The notes under the pieces were generated by a model. The model ran no database searches. It saw only the letters and a program-made list of their open reading frames with translations, and was not told the origin of the DNA. From contig NIVC01002005.1 of assembly GCA_002269645.1 (NCBI GenBank), positions 62,001 through 126,000 on the forward strand: a DNA stretch of 64,000 nt. The letters are read 5' to 3'. Below are positions 53,363 to 64,000 of this stretch, one piece after another. The number at the start of each line of letters is the position of its first letter. The stretch's first letter is position 1. A program made the position numbers and the translations under genes. The DNA is from Macrostomum lignano (lineage: Eukaryota).

Positions 53363-54134
53363 TAGGGATGTCGATTCCCCGGGGAATTTTCTTATCAGGG
53401 ACCCGGGGAATTTACTGTCATCCCCCGGCGACCCCCCGGGGACCCCGGGGAAAAGAAAAAAATAAGTAAAAAACGGCGGATAACTTAGATCTTAAGTGGC
53501 ATTTTTTACTTTGATTTAAGGTTAGGACTACATGTTCAAGGCGCAAACCGCTCAAGGGTAAAAAGTCAAAACTTTAGACAATATTTATTTAAAAAATCTG
53601 CATTTGACAACCTGTGGCATCACATCACCAAATCGTGCACGAACCTTTGTTAAAAAGAGTTCAGTCAGACTCCGGAGTCTCATTAATGAATGAGACTGTT
53701 TTTATAGTTGGAATTTTTATTTCTTGCAGATAAATCACCGTTTTGTCCTTGTCTAATAAGGAGTATTTTGTTATTGTATAACACCCCTGACCCCCCCCCA
53801 TGCGTCAGGTCAGTGACTGATGCAGGACTAGGCCTAGCACAGTAGTCGGTAAAGCTTCTTTTTCCTGACGGGTTTCTATGCTGATTGAAGACTCCTAGTG
53901 AAAAAAACATTCAAACATGGGTTGTGTTTGAAATAATACATTGAAATAAGCAGTTATATGCAGTAAAAAAGCATAGACAGAGTTTCAATAAGCTTTCTGT
54001 GAATCATTTTCTTATTTAAATGGCAAAAATTAAGTTACAAATGATCTATCACGGCGCATTTTTTTTCTTCCCGGGGTCCCCGGTCCAATTCCCCGGGGAG
54101 TTCCCCGACAAGCTCCCTTGGGTCGACATCCCTA
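53363..54134. mobile_element. Non-autonomous hAT-type element (MITE), 772 bp
   Basis: 12-bp TIR TAGGGATGTCGA...TCGACATCCCTA, perfect 8-bp TSD CTGTAAAT (53355-53362 and 54135-54142), subterminal CCCCGGGG clusters at both ends, no ORF. Confidence 0.9.
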
Positions 54135-55394
54135 CTGTAAATCAAACCGGATAATATTGCTCAAGATTAAGTTGACCCTCAAAAATTCTCTTTTGTATTT
54201 ATTTAAATCGCTAAAAAATCCTATATAGGTAACTTTTAGAAAGCGATGAAACATCCTTTATTTTATTTTTGAAACTGTATTATTTCTTAGAAACAAAAAG
54301 TCGGTACTGTTGTTGTATTTGAATTCAAACAGCTGTAATGGCACTGTCATGTTTATTAAAAACGTATTTTTTCTTTTAATTAAGATGATAATTTAAGCAA
54401 TTTAAGTTGTTCATTCATTAATTATTTGTATTGCGATTCTGCTTTTTACGACAGTTAAAAAATATGTTAAAAATTCCATCTTAGAAAATAATAAGTACAT
54501 GTATAATTGCGGTACATTAATATACAATTATCAATTGCAAACATGACGAAATTTTACTGCAAAAATGTATATTTGCAGCAAAGAAATTTTCTGATTTTTT
54601 CGATACTCCAACTTGTTGCATCTTTGAAATTGCTAAACCAGAAAATTTCTTTTGAAATATTACAATCATGTTTGTTTGTTTTACGTGTTAAAAAACTCTT
54701 ACTTACAATGTATTCGACTAATTAAATTTATTTACAGCTGTATAAATTCTCCCACGCATCATAAGGAAAGTAAAAGAAAAACAAATATAAATACACGTGT
54801 AAATTAAAAATATTAACAATGAGTTCCGGTTATTCGTTTTTCGAAGCTTTATTTATAACAAAATATGGGTTTATCAGTAATTTAGCTTGCACCAAATGTA
54901 GAAATTATTGTCATATAATAGTTTTGATCAAAGTAAGTACTAAAATAGTATGATAACGCGACGACTTTTTATTAAAGATTAACTTTAGTAGTTATAATTA
55001 AACATTATAATTATTAATCAGTTTTCTCATGGTCTTACTTGAGAATGAAAAAAAAATGATCGAGATTTCTCTGCACCTTCTGATTAGCCCACACATCCTC
55101 AGGGCTTTTCGATTGGCTTACCATGAGTATTAATAAAACCGGAGATTGCATCGCAGACTGAGCGCCCATATGATCGCCAATAGATCAGCTTTGGCGGGGT
55201 CAGTTAGGATCCGAGCTGATGACTCACACGAAGTTTTAGGTGGGTAAGCAATCTTATGGTATTTTAGTTTGTTGATTTGCCATAAACGGAAGAATTGTAC
55301 TATAGAAATCGGCTGACTTTATTTTGCCTTTTTCTTTCAATTCATTAGGAATGTAATTAACGTTGAAAACTGAAGATCCTGGATATAGGAAAGT

Positions 55395-56385
55395 TCGTGA
55401 GAGGGAGGCAGAGAGGATGGAGAGGGAGAAGGTGAGGGAAATAGAGAGGGAGAGGGAGATGGGGAGGGAAATGCTGATAAAGAAGGGAAAGAAGATAGAC
55501 AGGGAGATAGAGAGGGAGAAGGAGAGGGAAATAGAGAGGGAGAGGGAGGGACATGGTGAGGGAGATGAAGCTAAGGGAGATGGAGAGGGAGAGGGAGATG
55601 GAGATGGAATGGGAAATAAGATGTACAGGGAGATGGAGAGGGTGAGGGAGATGGAGAGGGAGAAGTTGAGGGAGGGGCATGGAGAGGGGAGAGGGAGAGG
55701 GAGAAAGTGAGGGAGAGGGAGATGGAGAGGGGAGAGGGAGATGGAGAGGGAGAAGGTGAGGGAGATGGAGAGGGAGAAGTTGAGGGAGGGGCATGGAGAG
55801 GGGAGAGGGAGAGGGAGAAGGTGAGGGAGGGGAGAGGGGAGAGGGAGATGGAGAGGGGAGAGGGAGATGGAGAGGGGAGAGGGAGATGGAGAGGGGAGAG
55901 GGAGATGGAGAGGGGAGAAGGAGATGGAGAGGGGAGAGGGAGATGGAGAGGGAGAAGGTGAGGGAGAGGGAGATAGAGAGGGAGAAGGTGAGGGAGAGGG
56001 AGAGGGGAGAGGGAGATGGAAAGGGAGAAGGTGAGGGAGAGGGAGATGGAGAGGGAGATGGAGAGGGAGAAGGTGAGGGAGAGGGAGAGGGGTGAGGGAG
56101 ATGGAGAGGGAGAAGGTGAGGGAGAGGGAGAAGGAGAGAGGGATTGAGAGGGGAGAGGGAGATGGAGAGGGGGATGGAGAGGGAAGAGGGAGATGGAGAG
56201 GGGGTGGAGAGGGGAGAGGGAGATGGAGAGGGGGATGGAGAGGGAAGAGGGAGATGGAGAGGGGGTGGAGAGGGGAGAGGGAGATGGAGAGGGGGATGGA
56301 GAGGGGAGAAGGAGAGGGGGATAGAGAGTGAAAGAAGATGTACAGGGAGATGGAGAGGGTGAGGGAGATGGGAGAGGGAGAGGAA
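55395..56385 (+). repeat. GA-rich polypurine low-complexity tract (GAGGGAGATGGAGAGGG-like)
   Basis: Direct inspection. Confidence 0.93.
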
Positions 56386-58936
56386 AAATGATGAAAAAAC
56401 AGGAGCGTAAAAAGTAAACAGAAGGCTGCACTGAAGAAGCTGGATTATCAATAAAGTCTGTTAGTCGGCATCCTGAAAGAAGTGATTCTGAAAGAAAAAA
56501 AACACTGCGAATGAAGAGCTTCTCTGTGCTTACGATTCAAGTCTGAACATTCGAAGGTCATATCTAAGCTTTTATAATTGGAACCAGTTAAACGACAATT
56601 TTTGTTAGAGAAATTTATTTATCAAAGAAAGCTTTGACTGCTTCAAGCCTTTATCCTTCTTAGGCCATTTTAACTGAAAATATTTTCATCCAAATAGCAA
56701 TGCAGCAGGGCACCCATCGACCGTCTGCCATTAAATCAGTCGTTGAGGCCCTGCCCGACAACAAACTCTGAGCTGACATGAAGAGCTGATATCGAAGCGA
56801 GTCGGAACTCAATTTTCCCCCGAAAAGCTGATAAAATGACGAGATTCTCAGCCTCACTTGAGCCTGAGTGAGCTCGCGGTGCTTAGCATTGCGGCCCACA
56901 ATCAAGCCCCTGCAGCTGCTGAAATTGGGGACTAATCGCATAAAATATTCTTCATCGCTCCGGCACGCACAGGGTTGAACCAAATTCTATTTATCTTTGA
57001 GTTGTCTAGAAAAGTGCTTCACATCGGATTGCCAATCGATAAAAGTGAATTGAGTCCGCTGTCCGATCACTCAGGCAGGCTCACAATTACTGGTCGATGA
57101 GGAGCAAAATCAACATTTTTTCTCGTGTACAATTGTGGCCCTGTTTCATTTTTTAAGACATCATGAACAAACGCACAAACATATACGCTGTACTCTACTT
57201 GTCAGTAGAAATATGCGATCTTCTCGCTTCAGAAGCGCAGTTCAAGGAATAATAATTACCGTTGCAGGAAACCGTGGGCACCCTGGCGAAATGCATTTGG
57301 CGACATCGTCCCACAAGCAACAACGCTGACGCAAGGACCACTGTAATGCTATAGTCTGACGGCAATTCTGTCCACTCCGCCCGCTCCTGAGCATGTAGAG
57401 ATCTCCAAATACGATACAAAGTAAACTACTATAAGTAGTAACGTAAAAATGCGAAAATGCGAATCTAAAAATTCAGAGTTGTCATACTCTATTTTCAGAA
57501 GATCACGAAAACAACGATTGATCATCTTATGTAACATCTGAAAATAGAACTCTAAATATGGTATTGATGCGCAAAACCTATTGTATTCTATTCAATTTTC
57601 GAGAGTTCAAAATTCCAAAACCCAAATGAGTCACCTTCCCAAAATAACCTGTTTACCCCAAAATTTTATTTTAATTTTAAATGCAAGCCGAAATCCGAGC
57701 TACAACATCTCAGACTCGGAGCAGCCTCCAAAGATGTTGAAGCTTGCTGGAACAGCTAAGTGAGGCTACATCTCTGAGGAAATACATACGTTCGGTAAGC
57801 TCTTGTTCGAGCCTTTGTTATTGAATTGATTTTGAGAGCGATTTATTGCCGGCCGTTGTTGATCAGTTGATTTTACTGAGACTATTGAATTTGAGGCCTC
57901 CCTTTCCTAAGGGATTGAATAGGATCTGCGGACCGATTCCGATACCCTTAGGGGATTATCGAGTTGATTGATTTTGGTTATACTAGATTAACCGATAGGA
58001 GCACACCACTCCGATTCCGTTAGTTCTAGAAGACGCCCTTCCTTGAGGACCTCGTTATTGTTACAGAAAGTTGATTTGCTATAAAGGGCGCATTGTTGAT
58101 ATTGATTACACTGAAGCTAAGGCCTATATTGATTTTGTATTCGAGAAATACTGCGACGTCGCCAGAGTTGATTGTTACGCTCCCACTTTCGGCCGATTCT
58201 AGACTTCAAGAAGATTCCTCCGGAGAAGAAGAAAATTTGAAGAAGCGAACCCTACATACGCGCGCAACAAAGAAGAAGAAACAAGGAACGAGCTCGGAGA
58301 ACCTGCCCAACAAAGAAGAGGAGCCCGCAACAGTAAGTGCACTACATTTTGTTCCCAGGCTTTAGAGTCTGGAAGTGGGAGTTCGATCGCGTTTAGACAC
58401 TAGACCTAATTCTCTCTCTCTCTTTCTCTCTCTCTCTCCTTTCCCTCTCTCTCTCTAGTGTGCTAAAGCGAACTCTTCAAGTGTAGCGTACTTTAATAAC
58501 TTTCCCGAAATTTCTTCAGATTTCTAAAAGTCAAAAACTATTTCCAGAAACTTCTTTGAGTTAGCAGCTAATCTATAACATACGCATATAAATAGTAAAT
58601 AATTAATTATCACTTAAGTATTAATGTTCTAATTATATTTACGTAATGTTTATTTCGCTTTGTTAAAATTAGCTAAATCTTTCTAGAAATTTCCGGAAGA
58701 CAATAACAAAGCTATAAATACACGGCGGCGGCAGTGAAACAAACCACTCCCTCTCCCCTTGTTTTCTCTTGGATCTAAGTTCCGTTGGTAAATAACTAAA
58801 TGAACCACCGCCTTGCTCTTATTCAATAATCAATTAAAGAAAATTCTACACAAGCACATGTACAAGCATGCAGCAAGGACTACTTTAGAACTACTTAAAA
58901 TGGGGAATACCAGAATGCATAAAATGTTATCTTACC

Positions 58937-59070
58937 TTAGTTGCAATGGGCAAAGCCTTCATCCAGGAGTCAATTAAAGCCTCTTGTTTCGGAAAAGTAT
59001 ATACGGTGCACCTTTTACCGCTTTTGTAGTTGCTTGTGCAGCCTGGAACGCAACACTTCGTCGGCATCTT
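58937..59070 (-). pseudogene. N-terminal half of a THAP zinc finger (possible exon or P-element relic)
   Basis: MPTKCCVPGCTSNYKSGKRCTVYTFPKQEALIDSWMKALP matches THAP C-x-x-x-C...FP...W; followed by a donor-like AAG|GTAAGA, but no downstream C-x-x-H exon was found. Confidence 0.5.
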
Positions 59071-60011
59071 GTATAACTCAATTTGATAATTTAATTTGAA
59101 GAAAGAAATAAAAGATCCAGAGAACACAATAAAGTGAGCTGTTTGCGATCTTGTCTGCTTGGTGCTCTAACGTAGACTTATGGGTTATGAGTATCATGCT
59201 ACGCTGCGATGCGAATTACTAAGCAAAAAGGCCACTAAAACCATAGACACATGCATTCAAAGCGGCCTTTTAGAATTCTGCCAATATTTGCAAGTGTAAC
59301 GTCCTGTGTTCTTAAGTAGTCCTTGGCATGCAGGCACGCACCCATAAACACGCTCATACAGGGTGTTACAGCGGCCCTGATTGGTTAATTTCTAATCATC
59401 AGGCATGTACACTCTCGGTGTATATCCTCCATGTACATCCTCGAAATCGAATGCGCAATTGGAGTTGGACACATTTATGAAATCGATCATAGCATGAAAT
59501 GTGAACATATAAGTATCGAAGTTCAAGTTCGAATGTATAAAACTTTAACGCCAGAAGAAGATTGCTGTCACTGCACATTTACTGTAACGATTTATCGTTT
59601 TTTTTCTCTAGCTAATAAAGTCTAAAATGGGGTCGGCTGTTACACATTAAACCATTTTGTTCCTTGCTACCTGCATGTTTAACAAAGCTCAGCTCACAGG
59701 TTCAGTTTCAACGCTTCAAGCTTGACAGTGTAAACATAAAAAGTTTCAGCTTTAAACCTGCTTTATTGTCGCTCATGTACCTTCAATTCACTATGGCTAA
59801 TCCACAAAATATTCAACCGACCACCTACCTGTGCACAGGCAGGTCAAGGGAGTGGGACGCGCAATTAGCATGAAATTAGCATTGCAAACTTTCTCAAGGC
59901 TTGGCCCTGGTTAGCATAAAACAACTGAACGAAGTTAATTATAAAACGTCGAGTATTCCTGCTCTCTAGACGGCAGTAAAACAAGTCAATTGGCAGAGTG
60001 GAACCTTAAAA

Positions 60012-63000
60012 ATGAACCCCTTGAAGTTGACGTCCTGGCCACTGATCCTGACAGCTGTTCTATTCATCCCAGCTCGACTTGTCACCGCCCAGCAGCAGTG
60101 GGAATTCGGTCACTCCTCGAACTACCGCCACAGAGACAACTGGGTGAGCAGGCGGCTTCCCTGTCCGCACGACTCAGCCAGCCTGCCGAGAGCCGAATCC
60201 CCCAACCTCATCGGCCTGTCCCGGCCGCTGCTGGTCCAGCGAAAGCTCCTGCTGCCGGCCGAGGGCGAAACGGCGCTGATTCTGTTCGACGGTGCCGGGC
60301 TGAAAGCGTTCGACGAAACGAGCGCCAGTGGCAGCGCGGGCAGCAACAGCGAAGATCAAAAACGCTGCTCGAGTGACGACCGAATCCGTGACGCTGCTTA
60401 CAACCTGACCGAGCCGCTTGATTGGTTCCGGCCAGACAACTGGGCTCGCAACCAATCACAGCGCGAGTTCTTCGACGCCCTGCCCGTGGACCGCCTGCCC
60501 GGCCCCTGCGACTCGGTGCGCTTCAAAGATGACGCGACGTACTTTGTGAAGATGCTGGGACGCGGGGAGACTGTGACTGTTGGACAGGTTTGTACTGCAA
60601 TGCAATGGGTTGCCAGCTGAGTGGATCATAAAGTTAAGCAGATTTAGTTTGGGTTAGTACGAAGGTGAATGGACTGCTTACGTCAGCTTGCTGTTTTATT
60701 GAAAGTTCCGTCTTTTAACTTGTTTGAGTCCACGAAAATTGGCCAAGAGGTTGTCGTGAAATTCACAGTCATTAGGGTCAACCCCAATGTTATAAATCAA
60801 AAAGGTTTGTCAAATTCACAAAGTAACTTCAGAACTTCAGACTCCTCACACCACCACTCATCCCGATCTCACCCGAAGCTGGAAATCTGCGGGCGCACTT
60901 TCACGGGCGGTGAGTCGAACGACGATTCATCCAAGCGGCTGCAGGATTTCTGGCGACAGTCGCCGCTGGCCAATCGGCAGTTCCTCTGGTCCAGTGGTGA
61001 AGACTCGGACGATCCGCCGTTCAGTCTCGGTTCGTTTGGTTCAGGAGATCCCAGAGACTGCGAAGTTCCCCTGCCAGTGCAGTCGGCCAGTCTGATGTCG
61101 CGGGTCTGCTCCGGTTTTGTCGACGCCGAGGCAGCCCCGTGCTCGAATCCGATCCCAGCTGCCGAGGTCAGCGGGGCCTGCGCCGACCTGTGCGGCAGCG
61201 TTGCGCTGCTGATTCGATCGGAGACGATCAGCCTAAAAAAATTGCTCAACCAGCTGCTCAAAGCTCTGCAGGATAAGCCAGCCAGTCTGAGACTGTCTGC
61301 TTTTAGAACTTCTCGCATCGAACCGACTTACCAACTGGTGCTGCGGCTGAGGCGGCATGCGAGTGACGGCAGCGATGCTGATGCTGGGAAGCTGAGCGTC
61401 ATCAAAGCGCTGCGCTGGCTGGAGAAGAATGGTGGGTTTGAGCCATTGTGACACACAATAATTTTTAATCTTTAACAACACTATGAAAAAGCTTCGCCTG
61501 AAACTGCATGTCGCGCATCCTGTGCGACTGGAACTTACACTGGCACCAGTCTGAGATTGAAGGTTTACTCCTGACAGCCTGGCAGTCTGACATCCCTGTC
61601 TAACACTCTCACATCCAATCCTCTGGCCGTAGCCCAGTGCCGTGGTCGAGGCGCTCTGATGTGCCAGAGGCCCAGGCTCGATTCCAAGTGCAGTCACATT
61701 AATTTGGGGCTAAATTAGAATCTCGGCTTGGCTCTGCTCGTGCAATTAACGCCTTTGAGGGCCAACCCCCAAGGCACAGTAAAGTGTACCTGCCTAACGA
61801 TAAAATAAAGTTAGGGCCGCTGTACACTCCTGTGTGAGTGCCTGTGCGTATGACTGCGTACGTATCCGCGCGCTTGTGTGCCTGCTCAGGGGAGTCGGCG
61901 GAATGGGCAGCAATGCCTCTCGCCGGTTGTGTGACAATGTCGCTTAAAGTGCGCCAGGGGTTGCACTCGATCCTGCATCCTAACACTCCTGTCTAACAGC
62001 CTTACATTCAAGCCTAACATGCTCCCACACCTGCAGCAGCTGGCATGCGCTTCAGCATCGTGCAGACCCTCAAAAGTGGCGACATGGCTGCCTATGCAGC
62101 CAGGACCGGCGCGCTTTCCGGCGGAGCCGCCGCCTCTCTGACCGCCAGTCTGATTGTCATCTTCATGCTACTCATAGTAGGAGCTGCAGTTTTTGCCATC
62201 GTTTTCATTGGGTAAGCTTATAAACAGTTCTTAGGAACTTTTTTACAGGGCTTAGTTGGGCTAAAGCTTTATTTAATGGTCAAACCTCAAGTCACGGAAA
62301 GTGAGAACATTCTTGACGATTAGAGTGTCACCAGTAGGCCGCTGTACCCTGTGTGAGCGTGTGTGTGTGCGTGAACTATTTGTACTCATGTGTGCTCAGG
62401 AGCCAGTTTGTCTTGTGGCTGTCTAATATATAGTTGTCTAATTTTTGTCTAAATGTCTGTCTAATGTTTGTCTATTGATGGTCTAATAAATGGACTCCAA
62501 TGGTAATACCCCATTCAATGCCATGTATTCTACAGTCAAAGAAGTTCAAATAATTTCTTTGAGCTCCATCACTTAACGAAGAGAGCCTGAGTTCGCCTTG
62601 GCACACTCTGAAACCTTTCGACTTGAACTGCAGGCGCAGGCGAGGCTGGGCCATTCACTGCGACATTCACCCTCGCCGCCTGTGGCAGCAGTGGCTTCTA
62701 TGGCGACATCAGACTCTCGAAGAGACTACGGGAGTTGAGTTCTCGACGGCTTCTGGAACAGTTGGATTCACTTCTGGTTGGTGAACCTTGATGTTAATCA
62801 TCATTGTCATCATCATTGTCATCATGCATGTAGTTGCCATAATCAAATTATCCTCAAACAATTTCACAGGCAGTGACAGCATCTGGACCAGTAGCAGCAG
62901 CAGCAGTCAGAATCAGGCAGTTTCTGTTGCCATGGCCTTCACCAACCCGATCTATGATGTGTCCCAGCCGGACACAGCGGACGTTGAAGCCAAGGATGAG

Positions 63001-63027
63001 TCAACGGTTGCCGATCACGAGCTGTAA
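60012..63027 (+). CDS. amn: Amnionless-like type I membrane protein, ~534 aa
   Basis: Exons 60012-60587, 60879-61431, 62037-62211, 62634-62776, 62870-63027, in frame (1605 nt). Signal peptide; NW..RLPC..D; LLLPAEGE; DW..PDNW; DRLPGPCDSVRF; GRTFT; CADLCGSVALL; TM segment LIVIFMLLIVGAAVFAIVFIG; cytoplasmic FTNPIY (FxNPx[F/Y]). The family call is from recalled motif similarity. Confidence 0.8.
61625..62000 (+). mobile_element. tRNA-derived SINE-like element in amn intron 2
   Basis: A-box-like TAGCCCAGTG (61630-61639), B-box-like GGCTCGATTCC (61675-61685), GC-rich body, CTGTCTAACA present both upstream (~61597) and at the 3' end (~61989). Confidence 0.5.
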
Positions 63028-63189
63028 CGATTTCTTCTTAAATTGAAATTCAGAGAGACACTATCTGGATTTCTGTTACAAAATACATAATATGCATGGT
63101 ACATAATACCGCTTAGTTAATTGTATCTAGGCGGGCAAGGTACAGTAAACGAATGCATTGATTTTATGCTTCGTGAATATAATTAATTA

Positions 63190-63345
63190 CGAGCGTTATC
63201 GCCTCATCATCATCAGGGAGGGAAGCTTTCTCAACATAATTGCCCCCCCGATTGCACGCACTTCTCCCAGCGACGAAACAAGCAATCAATCGCATCTGCA
63301 TAGATCTGTCGCGGAATCACGTAAATTGTTCCGTATTTGTCGACT
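63190..63345 (-). mobile_element. Mariner transposase 3' remnant
   Basis: Minus strand reads YADAIDCLFRRWEKCVQSGG; removing one G from the G7 run continues as NYVEK, the mariner C-terminal RWEKC..G.YVEK signature. TA followed by CGAG at 63188-63193 resembles a mariner end. Confidence 0.65.
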
Positions 63346-64000
63346 TTTAGCAGTTGATAGCTAACAATCACAAAATAAATTAAATAATCGTACATTAAAT
63401 ACCTGTATATCATGTAATAAATTACCACATGCAAATTCTTCCATCATGCAGCAAATTTACACATTGCTTTCTTGCACCTTTTGCAAAAGCAGTTAATGTA
63501 TGGAGCCCATGTACCACATTCAATTCTAATGCTTGTAGCATGCTTATGCGAACTGATCAAATCCATCAAATATGTGCTTGAGGAAATTGAGATACGTGGA
63601 ATGGGATTGGGGGCAGCAGTGGATAAAAAGAGGCTTTAAATTCCTCTTTAATTGGGCCCGAGGGGGTGTGGGATCAAAGAAAATACGATTATATATTTCA
63701 TAAATGAAGAAGCTATGCACACATGCACATTTAATGTATGCACATGTACCATATGTACCGTTGTCCATAGCTAGTACAGTGGCATAAAACTTTTCAAATA
63801 AATAAAAAACTGAACTGCAAAAGGAATACAGATAACTTTTAAGATTAAGACTTGCCTTTTATCTTCGACTCAGATTTCCATTTCCCATTTAAGTTAATTC
63901 ATCATAGTCTAAATATTTTGGCGTAAATTAAACGTCTTATTTGTAATACCAACGTCTTCGCCATAAGTCTGGAGCGATCGACACACGAAACGTTCAAATA

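Noticed and set aside
57735-58346. Second solo LTR (TGTTG...CAACA or ...ACTACA, TATA-like CTATAAAG near 58080)
   Set aside because: No convincing target-site duplication for the boundary pairs tested.

Overview
Eukaryotic (animal) genomic DNA, very rich in tandem repeats; the gene style and a lophotrochozoan-type ACh receptor suggest a flatworm such as Macrostomum (inference, not proven). Four spliced protein-coding genes, all on the + strand, were reconstructed by hand with GT-AG junctions that preserve reading frame: (1) a Q/P-rich SAM-domain protein joined to a TKL-like pseudokinase (about 9588-13520); (2) Drosha (15909-36346); (3) a Cys-loop acetylcholine-receptor subunit with an anion-type 'PAK' filter (43132-52828); (4) an Amnionless-like type I membrane protein (60012-63027). 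Main observation: an apparently intact 3282-bp DNA transposon (17337-20618; 241-bp TIRs, CAC...GTG ends, 4-bp GGCG target duplication, 701-aa Chapaev/Transib/RAG1-like transposase) sits inside a Drosha coding exon. Removing it plus one TSD copy restores an uninterrupted 1514-aa Drosha with intact RNase III catalytic motifs. Also present: a 6-kb ~238-bp satellite, about 20 micro/minisatellite arrays, a hAT-type MITE, a solo LTR, mariner and THAP remnants and two tRNA-derived SINE-like pieces. Most ORFs in the supplied track are artefacts of these repeats. Repeat boundaries are approximate and nothing here was checked against a database.
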